IMG/VR virus record: IMGVR_UViG_3300017784_005596
Span: 1 to 45,646 of that record
Direction: 5' to 3' (one strand)
DNA length: 45,646 bases
Source of the DNA: a virus
Lineage: Duplodnaviria; Caudoviricetes
The translations under genes and the position numbers were made by a program. Every line of letters begins with the position of its first letter. Within the stretch, counting starts at the first letter, position 1. The notes under the pieces were generated by a model. That model saw only the letters and a list, made by a program, of their open reading frames with translations, was not told the DNA's origin and made no database searches. This document shows, piece by piece, positions 1-10,005 of the stretch.

Positions 1-1621
1 AGAATTGGTACCCACCCCAAGTTGCAGGATTCAGTACTGTCATATAATCTTCAAGTACTAATCCATCGTTAAATTCTTGTGGTTCTGCAAATATGTAAGC
101 CGAGAACGGTATATTAGTTGGTGTTGGTGTTTGAGTATTTGTTGGTGTATTGGTATTTGTTGGTGTATTAGTAGGTGTTTCTGTATTAGTTGGAGTTGGA
201 GTGTTTGTTGGAGTTTCGGTATTTGTTGGAGTTTGTGTTGGAGTTTCGGTATTTGTTGGAGTTTGTGTTGGTGTCTCGGTATTTGTAGGAGTTGGCGTAC
301 TTGTTGGAGTCTCAGTATTTGTAGGTGTTGGCGTACTTGTTGGAGTCTCAGTATTTGTAGGTGTTGGCGTGTTTGTAGGTGTTTCTGTATTTGTAGGAGT
401 TGGAGTATTAGTCGGAGTTTCCGTATTAGTCGGTGTATTTGTTGGAGTCTCAGTATTTGTAGGAGTTTGTGTTGGAGTAGGTGTCTCAGTATTAGTAGGC
501 GTCTGAGTCGGAGTTTCTGTATTTGTAGGAGTTGGAGTATTAGTCGGAGTTTCCGTATTAGTCGGTGTATTTGTTGGAGTCTCAGTATTTGTAGGAGTTG
601 GCGTATTAGTCGGAGTTTCTGTATTTGTTGGAGTTGGCGTATTAGTCGGAGTTTCCGTATTAGTCGGCGTATTAGTTGGAGTTTCTGTATTAGTTGGAGT
701 CGGCGTATTAGTTGGAGTTTCTGTATTTGTTGGAGTTGGCGTATTAGTCGGAGTTTCTGTATTAGTTGGCGTGTTTGTTGGCGTCTCAGTATTAGTCGGA
801 GTCGGAGTATTAGTCGGAGTTTCTGTATTTGTAGGTGTTGGAGTGTTTGTAGGCGTCTCAGTATTAGTCGGAGTATTAGTCGGAGTTTCTGTATTAGTCG
901 GAGTCGGAGTATTCGTTGGAGTTTCTGTATTTGTAGGTGTCGGCGTATTAGTCGGAGTTTCTGTATTAGTTGGCGTCGGTGTATTAGTCGGAGTTTCCGT
1001 ATTAGTTGGCGTTGGCGTGTTTGTAGGTGTTTCCGTATTTGTAGGTGTTGGCGTGTTTGTAGGCGTGTTTGTTGGCGTCTCAGTATTAGTTGGAGTCGGT
1101 GTATTAGTCGGAGTTTCCGTATTAGTTGGAGTTGGAGTGTTTGTTGAAGTTTCAGTATTTGTAGGAGTATTAGTAGGTGTTTGTGTTTGAGTTGTTGTGG
1201 TCGTTGGTGTTGGAGTAGGTGTTAACCCTGAAGTAGATGTAGGAGTTGGAGTATTAGTATTAGTTGGCGTAGCAGTTTGACTCGGAGTTTGAGTTGTTGT
1301 GGTTGTTGGTGTTGGAGTTGTTGTGGTTGTTGGCGCAGTAGGTGTGTTTGTTGGTGTTTGTGTTGGAGTTGTAGTATTAGTTGGAGTTGGTGTCGGAGTA
1401 CCACATTCAATTGTTAAAATAACCCCATCTAATAGATTATTACGGGTAACCGCAGAATAATATATTATATCATCTAAATAGACATTAAATGGGCCGATTG
1501 AATTTGAATTTGGTGTTAACTTAACAATATACTGAGAACATCCGGCAACCGACAATTGTTGTTCGATTTCAGAGGTACACCCAGGAGCGTCATTGGTAAC
1601 AAGAATAGAATATATTGACAT
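1..1621 (-). CDS. Mucin-like Thr/Pro-repeat virion/fibre-type protein, partial (>=540 aa, 3' end outside the window; not in the ORF track)
   Basis: Hand-translated from ATG at 1621: [74 protein letters not shown], then about 430 aa of [12 protein letters not shown] repeats, then [38 protein letters not shown]. No stop seen. Co-oriented with its neighbours and preceded by TATTTAT at 1638-1644. Confidence 0.9.
   Translation of the reverse strand, partial: MSIYSILVTNDAPGCTSEIEQQLSVAGCSQYIVKLTPNSNSIGPFNVYLDDIIYYSAVTRNNLLDGVILTIECGTPTPTPTNTTTPTQTPTNTPTAPTTTTTPTPTTTTTQTPSQTATPTNTNTPTPTSTSGLTPTPTPTTTTTQTQTPTNTPTNTETSTNTPTPTNTETPTNTPTPTNTETPTNTPTNTPTPTNTETPTNTPTPTNTETPTNTPTPTNTETPTNTPTPTNTETPTNTPTPTNTETPTNTPTNTETPTNTPTPTNTETPTNTPTPTNTETPTNTPTNTETPTNTPTPTNTETPTNTPTPTNTETPTNTPTNTETPTNTPTPTNTETPTNTPTPTNTETPTNTPTNTETPTNTPTPTNTETPTQTPTNTETPTPTQTPTNTETPTNTPTNTETPTNTPTPTNTETPTNTPTPTNTETPTSTPTPTNTETPTSTPTPTNTETPTQTPTNTETPTQTPTNTETPTNTPTPTNTETPTNTPTNTNTPTNTQTPTPTNIPFSAYIFAEPQEFNDGLVLEDYMTVLNPATWGGYQF
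116..1400 (-). repeat. Coding tandem repeat array (core [12 protein letters not shown]; variable 12-36 bp units)
   Basis: Exact 36-bp tandem at 291-326/327-362 and exact 87-bp duplication at 381-467/513-599. Other copies vary mostly at synonymous positions, and the frame is maintained. Confidence 0.95.
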
Positions 1622-1637
1622 CCGATGTTTTTATTAA

Positions 1638-1644
1638 ATAAATA
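1638..1644 (-). promoter_or_regulatory. Putative late-promoter motif TATTTAT
   Basis: Sense strand GGTATTTATTTAATAAAAAACATCGG-ATG. The same motif precedes other structural units. Confidence 0.5.
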
Positions 1645-1709
1645 CCACAACAATTCTATTTCAGTTGTAATTAAAGTAAAAATGAAAATTTTATTATTAA
1701 GGTTTATAA

Positions 1710-2015
1710 TTATTGTTCTGTAATCGTAATATTAACAATACATGATACCAAGTTAATAGTGATTTCAAACGCACAACCAAAAGTACAATCAAGTAATTTA
1801 AAAACCTCACAATCATTATCATCTACTAACAATAACATAATTTCCGGAGCGGTATTAAATATTGTAGGTATCACAGTATTATAGTCAACTGTTGGGGGTA
1901 CCGGTCCTGTACCAATAACCCCCAATAAACTACGATTATTACCATACACATCAGAAATGTATACACTAATTGGGTAAGTCCCACCCGATATTTCATCAAT
2001 TCTAACTTGTGTCAT
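1710..2015 (-). CDS. Small Cys-containing beta-rich virion-associated protein (about 101 aa)
   Basis: The ORF track gives 1710..2027, but the likelier start is MTQV at 2015, which overlaps the upstream stop (TAATG). ISGGTYP...LVDDNDC resembles one SprB/Ig-like unit. 4 Cys. Confidence 0.7.
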   Translation of the reverse strand: MTQVRIDEISGGTYPISVYISDVYGNNRSLLGVIGTGPVPPTVDYNTVIPTIFNTAPEIMLLLVDDNDCEVFKLLDCTFGCAFEITINLVSCIVNITITEQ

Positions 2016-4147
2016 TATGTTAAGCACATTATATCGTATGCGATTATCAAGTCAATAATAATCTCTTGACCTTGTAAAGTATTATTACCTCTTATAGTCT
2101 CAATTGTTATTAAATTTTCTACAGGATTTACTGTAACACTACCAACACCCGGAACAGTCAATAATAATTGAGTTATTGTGTTATAATAAACATTATCAAA
2201 AGGAACATCAACTAATGAAGTTGATGTATAAAATGTGTTGCTTGTCGTTAAACCTAATGGGGTTACTGAAACTTTTGCAGTGAAAGTGGCATTAACCAAA
2301 TCACAACTTGTATTATCAAGAGTTAAATCATAAAATCCTTCATTTAACATTTGTATTAATCCAAATTTAGTTGGAGATTGAATGTTAAACACATCAGAAC
2401 CCATAACATACGTTTGATAAGAAGTTATATTAGCATTACAAGAAATATTTGTGGTACGAGATAATGAACAACCATTACTACCAACAATCGTTACACTATA
2501 AGTTCCACCCGTTAATCCCGATACTTGAATTTGTTGTGGATTATTTGGGATATTATCCGACCAATAAAAACTAAATGGAGTAAGCCCTTGATTAATAAAT
2601 GCGGTAATTTTACCCGAATTACCTGTACCACAAGATGTACTATACAAAGAAAAATCTAATGGTACACTTCCAAGGATTAAAATGTCTGCAGTTTGAATAC
2701 AATCATTTGCATCTGATACGGTAACAACGTGATTACCCGCAGTTAAATTATTAAAAGTTACCGAAGTTAATGTTGTGTCAATAATATCATAAACCCCATT
2801 ATCAATTGAATAATCTAACGGTAAGGTAGAACCCGGAGTGGTGAAGATAGTAACAGCACCATTTGACCCTCCACAAGTTGTACCTGTAACTTGAGTTGAA
2901 ATAGTATATTTATTTTCGGCAACTATCGTAGTTTCTTCCATATAAGCACACCCTGAACTATCACTAACGGCAACAGTATAGGTTCCTGACGATAAATTTG
3001 AAAATAATTGGGCGGTTTGAGAACCGCTAATATTTGTCGTATTACCGTTCGGAGAAACTAAAGTATAAGTATACGGTGTTACACCCCCAATAACTGAGAT
3101 TAATATTTCTCCATCAACACTAGAACAACTTGAATTTGTTGTATTAACACTAACGGAAGACATTGAATTTACCGAAGTAATTGAAGTATTAACATTTAAT
3201 TGGCATAATCCGGCATCTGTAACCGAAAATCCATAGACTCCCGATGATAGACCTGAAATTGTATATGTTTGAGAATAAGATATTAAAACATCTCCGGTTG
3301 ATGCAGAATAATAATAAGGTGAAGTTCCTCCAGTAACGGTCAAACTTATTGTCCCATCTGCAGCAAAACAACTTGGTGGTGTTGAGGTAAACGTCCCAAA
3401 ACCTAATTGGGCAACATTAACCACAGTTTCTCCTTTACTTAATTGACAACCATATCCATCTGTAACGGTTACTGAATATCCACCGGCGGTTAAACCCGTT
3501 ATTGTATTCCCACTAGCACCAGTATCCCATAAATAAGTAAATGGTGGTTGACCCGTAATACCCGTAATAGTAATTTTACCTATCGGAGTACCACCACAAG
3601 CGGAATTTGGAACCATGTATAAACCATAATTTAATGGTTCTGATTCCTCAACTATAAAATTCTGACTTCTTCCTGTACAACCTCCAAGGTCTAATACTGT
3701 CATATAATAAGTTCCTGCAGTTAAACTTCCAAAAACAACATTATCTTGATTTGTGGTTGCAGATTGACTAAAAACTCCATCATTATGATATAAGTAGTAA
3801 TTGGTAGATGAGTATTGTGTTGTTGAGGTTCCGGTAACCGTACCATTATTTAAAGAGCAGGTAGTATTACCAACATTTGAAATACTACAACAAACACCAT
3901 TTGAAACAGGAATATTAAGATACTCAACTTGATTTGTAGGTAATGAACTATCAGTAACTTTAATACTATAAGTTGCACTTACTAAATTTGATTTAGTAAC
4001 TGATGATAAAATAATATCAGTTGTCAATTCAGGTGTAATCCACTGTACCGTATATGGTTGAGACCCCCCAGAAATACCAAGATTAATTATCCCGTTTGAA
4101 GTGTTATTACAATCCCCTGTTACATTTATGTTATAATTAAACGCCAT
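2015..4147 (-). CDS. SprB-repeat adhesin-like protein (710 aa), probable baseplate/fibre appendage
   Basis: About 7 repeats of C-x3-4-G-x-I-x4-GG-x2-PY-x-Y...GL-x2-G-x-Y-x-V-x-V-x-D-x2-C (e.g. GQPPFTYLWDTG...TGLTAGGYSVTVTDGYGC), the pattern of Bacteroidota SprB repeats. No signal peptide evident. Confidence 0.8.
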   Translation of the reverse strand: MAFNYNINVTGDCNNTSNGIINLGISGGSQPYTVQWITPELTTDIILSSVTKSNLVSATYSIKVTDSSLPTNQVEYLNIPVSNGVCCSISNVGNTTCSLNNGTVTGTSTTQYSSTNYYLYHNDGVFSQSATTNQDNVVFGSLTAGTYYMTVLDLGGCTGRSQNFIVEESEPLNYGLYMVPNSACGGTPIGKITITGITGQPPFTYLWDTGASGNTITGLTAGGYSVTVTDGYGCQLSKGETVVNVAQLGFGTFTSTPPSCFAADGTISLTVTGGTSPYYYSASTGDVLISYSQTYTISGLSSGVYGFSVTDAGLCQLNVNTSITSVNSMSSVSVNTTNSSCSSVDGEILISVIGGVTPYTYTLVSPNGNTTNISGSQTAQLFSNLSSGTYTVAVSDSSGCAYMEETTIVAENKYTISTQVTGTTCGGSNGAVTIFTTPGSTLPLDYSIDNGVYDIIDTTLTSVTFNNLTAGNHVVTVSDANDCIQTADILILGSVPLDFSLYSTSCGTGNSGKITAFINQGLTPFSFYWSDNIPNNPQQIQVSGLTGGTYSVTIVGSNGCSLSRTTNISCNANITSYQTYVMGSDVFNIQSPTKFGLIQMLNEGFYDLTLDNTSCDLVNATFTAKVSVTPLGLTTSNTFYTSTSLVDVPFDNVYYNTITQLLLTVPGVGSVTVNPVENLITIETIRGNNTLQGQEIIIDLIIAYDIMCLT

Positions 4148-7134
4148 TAGTTACTATTACAATTTATATTTATTTGTATACCTACATTTAAAGTAAGAAT
4201 TTGATTTATGTTTTTTTCACTACAAGTTAAATTCCAAATCGTTAATTCTCTACCATTTAACCAAAAATTAAATCCATAATCATATAATAAAGGTAGGTAA
4301 CTAATTAACGCCTCTCTCCACATAAGAACTGTTGGTACATCTGTATACCCATACCCAACATAAAATGGTTCTTTAATTAACAATTCATTTTCAATCCTCA
4401 AATCAACATACCATTCAGTTTGAACTGAATTTTGAATACAATCATTTAGAGTGTATCCACTTTCAGATAACATATTATTAACTCTGTTTGCCAAAATACT
4501 ATTAAAATTCCCAACATTAGTATCTCCATTTAACCAAGGAAATATATTAAAGAAAGTTTCTTCCGTTGTACAAGTGTAATCAAATATGTTTGAAATAATA
4601 AAACATGGGGTAACAGGCACAGGAATAAATTGACATCCTCTTTGTCTTCTATAAACAAATTTTTGTTTATGTAAGATTGAATTTTCCATCTTAACCCCTG
4701 AATTCCAAATTGTGGTTGCAGGAACCATTTGTTCCGCCAACTTCATCCAATAAGGGCCAATCCCGTTTACATAATCAATTAACTTTTGATATGTGTACTT
4801 ATTATTAGGCAAACCAACAGTTTGTTCAGATTCAATATATTTCCACCAAATTGATTGAAGTACCGGATATCCACCTGTTTTACCATCACTGATGTATTGT
4901 CTATTTCTAACATTAATCATATTCTCCCAAAAGGTTTGTGAGAACTCAAAAAATGTTTTCTTTTTAGGTTCAGGATTAATATAAGTCCAATCCACACCAC
5001 CCGGAACCGGATAACCAACAGTTAAACCTGATTCAGGAAATGGGTAATCATACTCAACAGATTCTTTCCAAACATCATACAATAACCCTTGTGAAGGATT
5101 TAAAAACAAATCAACATTCTTAACATTTAATACTAATTTCTCATTATCAACAAAATAATAAGCATTATAATCAGCACTTGTTGAAACTCTTATTTTAGTA
5201 TCCTCCTCTAACCATGACTTATTATTATCAACTATTTTTTGTAGTTTAAATCCTTCTGTCATATATGGAAAATCTCTGAAACGGTCTAAATATGGTTGTC
5301 CATAAGTAAACGGTTGTAATTGAGTTTGGATATTATAGTTTTGTCCGGTGTAAACCGCACCTGTAATAACAACCTTATCAGGGCTTCTATGTTGTGGTGT
5401 TGATTCATACCATCCTGCACCAACTTGAAAGAAATAATTTTCAGTATTTACCGGAGCTTTTGGATATCCAAAAACATCAATAGGATACTCAGCTAAACGA
5501 ATTGAAACATCTTCATAAGTAGCATTTGATGTATAACCCGAATAAACAATACCTCGAATTTTATAAGTATCACCAGGTAAATAGGAAGGAACTTTATCAA
5601 CATAAGTACCTCCTGAGATTGAAGCCCATTGAACATAGAATTGGTCTAAATTAATTTTTTGGTCAGCTAAATAAATATGTTCATTAAACTCGATTAAAGA
5701 ATCCGGAGCTCCAATTAATCTTAACATAAATTCAACAGACCTTCTTGTACCTTTTGATTTAAAAAGATAAGAAGCATTAAGAATTAAATTACGGTAAAAC
5801 GCATAATTTATTTCAGTTGGAGTAAGAGCTCGTGCATAACCCGGATATGTCGGAGTTGCGGTATTACCAAATACCGAACTTAAAAAATCCTCATCAGTAA
5901 TTGGTGAAAAATTAGATGTCCAACCTAAAGTTTGGGCTAAGTTTACCAATAATTGAGATGGTATATCATTTGAAGGATTGTAGTTAACCGAATTCATATA
6001 CGCCAATGCATCTATAAATTGTTTTATTTGGTCAAAACTTCTTCCATAAATTTGAAATATTTTTTCAACTTTTTGTCCTAATGTATCAAATTCCTTTAAT
6101 GAATCTGTAACTAAAAATCTTGAGATTAAATTTGTTTTAAATGAATCTAAATTAACAGCAATTTCATCAAGTTGTGTTAAATAATCGTCAAACAAAAATG
6201 AACGAATATCAAGGTTCCACACCCCGTCTTTTGGCCAAGTTACTTGTTGGTAATTAGTATAAAATTCCCCATTCTCAGTTTGAGCTGGAACTTGGAAAAC
6301 TGCGGTATACTCAGGTCTTATTAATCGATTTAATAAAAATTTCTCAACTTCATCAAAACTTTCCGCAAAAATTCTATCCGCAACTAAATCATTTGGTCTA
6401 ATCTGATAGTCCTCATTTATTGTAGTTGCTGTTGTACCAAAAGGAGCCCCTGAAACATAAAATGAAATGTAACCAGTACTTAATGTTGGTGATGGTTGGA
6501 ACGAAACAATCTTAAAGATGTCATCATTAATACTAACACAATAATCTAAATAAGTGTTATACAAATTTCGATAAGGCGATGTAGTTATTTCTCTTAAATT
6601 TAAATTAGTTGCTGCACTAACTGAGTAATCAATATCAAAAGGATTATTAATCCTATCAACATTCACTTCAAAATATGTTTCATCATTAACTGAATCATAA
6701 GAAATGTTTACCGCAGTTGAACCTGTTACAAATTCTAAATTATTAAATATAACATCTAACGACGCAGGAAAATAATGAATTATCTTAGTTGCGGATACTT
6801 GGAATCTTTTACGTAAAGACCCATACATTGAAAAATTAAGAACTTGCGAAACATCATAATTAGGATAGACCCTAAATTGGGTCGCCATAATTCTTCTACT
6901 CTCAGCAACGTCTTCAATGTTTAATGATTGTAAACTTAACGGTTCAGAAAAAGCCCCAACATTAAATGTTCTATTAACTTTTTCAGTAACTGATGTTGTA
7001 AACTCAAAATTACCTTGCGTCAAACCTCCTCCCTCAACAGTTTGTAAACCTACAATATTGTCAGAGAAAGTCGCAGCCCCACTTCCGGGCCTTGGCGGAT
7101 AAAAATATTTTGTCGTAGTTGTAGTTACAGCCAT
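4147..7134 (-). CDS. Baseplate wedge protein, P2 gpI/T4 gp7-like, with extensions (995 aa)
   Basis: LVNLAQTLGW...YRNLILNASYLFKSKGTRRSVEFMLRLIG matches the gpI-type LA..LG...KGT..(A/S)V motif. Located in a baseplate cluster. Confidence 0.7.
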   Translation of the reverse strand: MAVTTTTTKYFYPPRPGSGAATFSDNIVGLQTVEGGGLTQGNFEFTTSVTEKVNRTFNVGAFSEPLSLQSLNIEDVAESRRIMATQFRVYPNYDVSQVLNFSMYGSLRKRFQVSATKIIHYFPASLDVIFNNLEFVTGSTAVNISYDSVNDETYFEVNVDRINNPFDIDYSVSAATNLNLREITTSPYRNLYNTYLDYCVSINDDIFKIVSFQPSPTLSTGYISFYVSGAPFGTTATTINEDYQIRPNDLVADRIFAESFDEVEKFLLNRLIRPEYTAVFQVPAQTENGEFYTNYQQVTWPKDGVWNLDIRSFLFDDYLTQLDEIAVNLDSFKTNLISRFLVTDSLKEFDTLGQKVEKIFQIYGRSFDQIKQFIDALAYMNSVNYNPSNDIPSQLLVNLAQTLGWTSNFSPITDEDFLSSVFGNTATPTYPGYARALTPTEINYAFYRNLILNASYLFKSKGTRRSVEFMLRLIGAPDSLIEFNEHIYLADQKINLDQFYVQWASISGGTYVDKVPSYLPGDTYKIRGIVYSGYTSNATYEDVSIRLAEYPIDVFGYPKAPVNTENYFFQVGAGWYESTPQHRSPDKVVITGAVYTGQNYNIQTQLQPFTYGQPYLDRFRDFPYMTEGFKLQKIVDNNKSWLEEDTKIRVSTSADYNAYYFVDNEKLVLNVKNVDLFLNPSQGLLYDVWKESVEYDYPFPESGLTVGYPVPGGVDWTYINPEPKKKTFFEFSQTFWENMINVRNRQYISDGKTGGYPVLQSIWWKYIESEQTVGLPNNKYTYQKLIDYVNGIGPYWMKLAEQMVPATTIWNSGVKMENSILHKQKFVYRRQRGCQFIPVPVTPCFIISNIFDYTCTTEETFFNIFPWLNGDTNVGNFNSILANRVNNMLSESGYTLNDCIQNSVQTEWYVDLRIENELLIKEPFYVGYGYTDVPTVLMWREALISYLPLLYDYGFNFWLNGRELTIWNLTCSEKNINQILTLNVGIQININCNSN

Positions 7135-8042
7135 TAAGTTGTTATATTTGTGAAGTTTTTACTAAAATCAATATTATTATTTCTATTCTGTCTAACTTCA
7201 TATAACAATGCATTAAATTGGTCTCTAACCTCGTATAAGTTGTATTGTCTGTAAATATTATTAGCAGAATCGTAAATTGTGTAGATACCATCATCAATTG
7301 ATTTGGTTTGATTACCATAAAGAGCAATTGCAAGAGATGATATGTCGTATTCAACCATTTCTATCTCCAATTTTACAGGATTAAAAAATGTATTTGAAAT
7401 TATTATATCTTGGCTTGGCTGACCAATAAACGGGGTCGCGTTTGGTTTGTTTGTTGGAGATGATGATGGTGATAATGTTAAAAACAATAAGTTTGATGAC
7501 CCATCAACGTATCGATATCTAATTGACTTTTGTTGCGTATTAACCTCATTTGTTACAACAGGTTCACAATAAAAACTTGAAGTAATAACTCTAAAGAAAT
7601 TTGGAATTTTTGACCCATCCGGATTTAAATATTCAACTCTAAAACCAACTAATCCTTGAGGTACAAACTTATTTTGATATTGTGTTGGGACATTTGCCAA
7701 ATCAATAACTAATCCTTTAACATTTGGAAGAGCACTTAAAACACCACAATCAGTAATTACAGTTCTAATTTGAGCAGCTCTTAAATAAAGAGTATAAAAC
7801 CCTAACGCATTAAACTGACTAGCAGGTAGTGTTAAATTATACAACCCACCTAAAACCTCAACACCGGAATTTCCACCTGTTTCTGAATTCTCAAAATAAG
7901 GTCGTAAAATAGTTTGAGCATCTAATTTTGTTAGGACAAAGGCATCCGTAACGTCCCTACTTGGGGTATAATTCATTATGATTTCAACATCCGCTGGTGA
8001 AACATCTGACGGTCTTATAGTACCATAACTTCCAATTGCCAT
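7134..8042 (-). CDS. Hypothetical virion structural protein (302 aa)
   Basis: Long beta-rich ORF; first gene after a TATTTATA motif; TAATG-coupled to the wedge gene. Confidence 0.6.
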   Translation of the reverse strand: MAIGSYGTIRPSDVSPADVEIIMNYTPSRDVTDAFVLTKLDAQTILRPYFENSETGGNSGVEVLGGLYNLTLPASQFNALGFYTLYLRAAQIRTVITDCGVLSALPNVKGLVIDLANVPTQYQNKFVPQGLVGFRVEYLNPDGSKIPNFFRVITSSFYCEPVVTNEVNTQQKSIRYRYVDGSSNLLFLTLSPSSSPTNKPNATPFIGQPSQDIIISNTFFNPVKLEIEMVEYDISSLAIALYGNQTKSIDDGIYTIYDSANNIYRQYNLYEVRDQFNALLYEVRQNRNNNIDFSKNFTNITT

Positions 8043-8058
8043 ATCTTCTTATTTAATT

Positions 8059-8066
8059 TATAAATA
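8059..8066 (-). promoter_or_regulatory. Putative late-promoter motif TATTTATA
   Basis: 17 nt upstream of ATG 8042. The 20 bp at 8052-8071 are identical to 17065-17084. Confidence 0.6.
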
Positions 8067-8086
8067 GTTTAGTTCTTTTTTTCATT

Positions 8087-9178
8087 TTAGTTTTCTTTGT
8101 TAATCACATTAAAAAAACCATATCCGTAATTAATCATATCACCTAAGTTATCTACTTCTCCAAGTCTCTGTATTCTTTCGTAAGCACTATTCTTACCTCT
8201 TTCAACAAAAACATTAGTTTGAACTTGTGCTTGGTCAATAACTTTTAATAATACCTCATCTTTTGTTATTGGGACCGCAGTTAAATTATTTGGTGTCAAT
8301 CCTGACGATTGTTCAAAATAAATGGTAGTCCCATCAATATAATCATAGTAATCAACTGTATTAACTGTATAGGCAGTGTAAACTGCTGTAACATCATTAA
8401 TTGCACCCCATATTTGTCCATTACTAATAACAGGAACTCCAATCCTTTGATTAATTGTTAATGTACCATACGTCTTTAACTCATTGATTCTCGATTTTGT
8501 TACTCCCGAAATTGTAAATGGTATTGAAACATAGTTATTTGATGTTTGAGCACTAACCTCATTTACCGCATCCCCTGAAAATATGTAATTATACGATACA
8601 GAAGTACCTATCCAATTACCTGATGACGGAGCAAAGAACGCCTCTCCCTCAGGATTATAGATAACAACATCACTAAAAGGAACAGTAATTGTTTTTGAAA
8701 CAGTTGTAATTCCCCATGGATTTGTTTGTTCTAATTTAATCGTATATTCTTTATCCAATTGAGGATATGTGTGGTTGATTGAATTAGGTACGTAATTTGT
8801 AATTGTTTGTTTTGGAGAACCATCTCCCCAATCAATTTTATATGCAGATAACTCTAAAAATTTTTGAAATTCATCTGAAGTATTATAAACATTGAATACG
8901 TAAGGACTTGATGTCGTCGATGAAAATATAAAATTAGTAACCACATTTTTTTGTAATACCGCACCATCAAATGGACTATAATAACCGGCATCCACAGCAC
9001 TTTGTCTTATTAAAATAGGAATTGTTAATCCGGTTAATAATGAACTACCATTAACCCCCGAACTAACAACCTGAGTCATAGCAGAATAAACACCAACTGG
9101 TGTACCCTGATAATCTACAACCGATAAGTCCCCAAGAATTGTTTCAGGTGATATTTTAATATTATAAAAATCTTCCAT
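8087..9178 (-). CDS. PKD-domain structural protein (363 aa)
   Basis: YKIDWGDGS...INHTYP...YTIKLEQTNPWG is the PKD-fold signature (DWGDG...H-x-Y...Y-x-I-x-L). Confidence 0.7.
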   Translation of the reverse strand: MEDFYNIKISPETILGDLSVVDYQGTPVGVYSAMTQVVSSGVNGSSLLTGLTIPILIRQSAVDAGYYSPFDGAVLQKNVVTNFIFSSTTSSPYVFNVYNTSDEFQKFLELSAYKIDWGDGSPKQTITNYVPNSINHTYPQLDKEYTIKLEQTNPWGITTVSKTITVPFSDVVIYNPEGEAFFAPSSGNWIGTSVSYNYIFSGDAVNEVSAQTSNNYVSIPFTISGVTKSRINELKTYGTLTINQRIGVPVISNGQIWGAINDVTAVYTAYTVNTVDYYDYIDGTTIYFEQSSGLTPNNLTAVPITKDEVLLKVIDQAQVQTNVFVERGKNSAYERIQRLGEVDNLGDMINYGYGFFNVINKEN

Positions 9179-10005
9179 TACACAGGTGGATTAAGGTATT
9201 CATACCATTTTATGGGAATTGTTGTCCCGAGTCTTTGTCCGTCACTATTAACTACTTGATATGTTTGGTTTTTATAATCCAAATTTACGATATAATAAAA
9301 TAGTGTATTATTATCAAATAAATATTGATTAGAATTCAGTGGAAAACTAGCTTGAGGACCTATAACACCAGTGGGTGTCTTATTATTTGTCATCAATTTA
9401 GTAAATTGTCCGGTCTTAGCATTATAAAATTTAGCTGACATATAAAAGGTGTCAATATCCAAAAAGTTTCTTTTCTTTAACCAATAGAGAAAAAACCCTT
9501 CTTTATCCCCAACATAATCTAAAATAAATTTTGGTTTTCTAACATCCACAACAATTCTTTGCATTTGAGTAGTCATTTTTAAACCTTGTTGTGTTGGAAT
9601 AATAATCGTTAAATAATTTGTTTGTTTTTTATCATCCGTGTTATCATAAAAATCTAATTTAAAAAAAGAATTGGAAAAATTATTTGTATAGTAATACAAA
9701 TCTTGAGGTGTGAACCCTTCACTCATATAATTTATTGTCCAATTATTAATATCGTAAGTTGAACCACCTGAATAAAAATAAAACTCATAATTAATTTCAG
9801 TATTATTTGTTGTTACATCAGGAGCATTAGCAAATCGACTGATTTCAAAATCACGACCAACACCAATAGCTTCAGTAATAACTTCAGTTTCATATTCTTC
9901 GATTGCCATATCCAACCCTAAATAATCCCAAGTCAGTCTTACCGGTATATTGATTTGTTTATCAATACCATCAGGTACTATAGTTACTTTATTCACACTC
10001 ATCAA
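9178..10005 (-). CDS. Hypothetical structural protein (275 aa)
   Basis: Aromatic/Asn-rich ORF overlapping both neighbours in the baseplate operon. Confidence 0.6.
   Translation of the reverse strand: MMSVNKVTIVPDGIDKQINIPVRLTWDYLGLDMAIEEYETEVITEAIGVGRDFEISRFANAPDVTTNNTEINYEFYFYSGGSTYDINNWTINYMSEGFTPQDLYYYTNNFSNSFFKLDFYDNTDDKKQTNYLTIIIPTQQGLKMTTQMQRIVVDVRKPKFILDYVGDKEGFFLYWLKKRNFLDIDTFYMSAKFYNAKTGQFTKLMTNNKTPTGVIGPQASFPLNSNQYLFDNNTLFYYIVNLDYKNQTYQVVNSDGQRLGTTIPIKWYEYLNPPV

Noticed and set aside
77-1190. Plus-strand ORFs 77..1147 (Cys/Trp/Arg-rich), 150..506 and 771..1190 (Val/Gly-rich)
   Set aside because: Antisense shadows of the Thr/Pro repeat. 77..1147 is codon-for-codon antisense to the real minus-strand frame.
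116-1400. Repeat array as a CRISPR array, iterons or DGR template
   Set aside because: Units are multiples of 3, contiguous, lack unique spacers and vary mainly at synonymous sites. No cas or reverse transcriptase gene is in the window.
1222-1410. 62-aa Gln/Leu-rich minus-strand ORF
   Set aside because: Alternative frame inside the 1..1621 gene.
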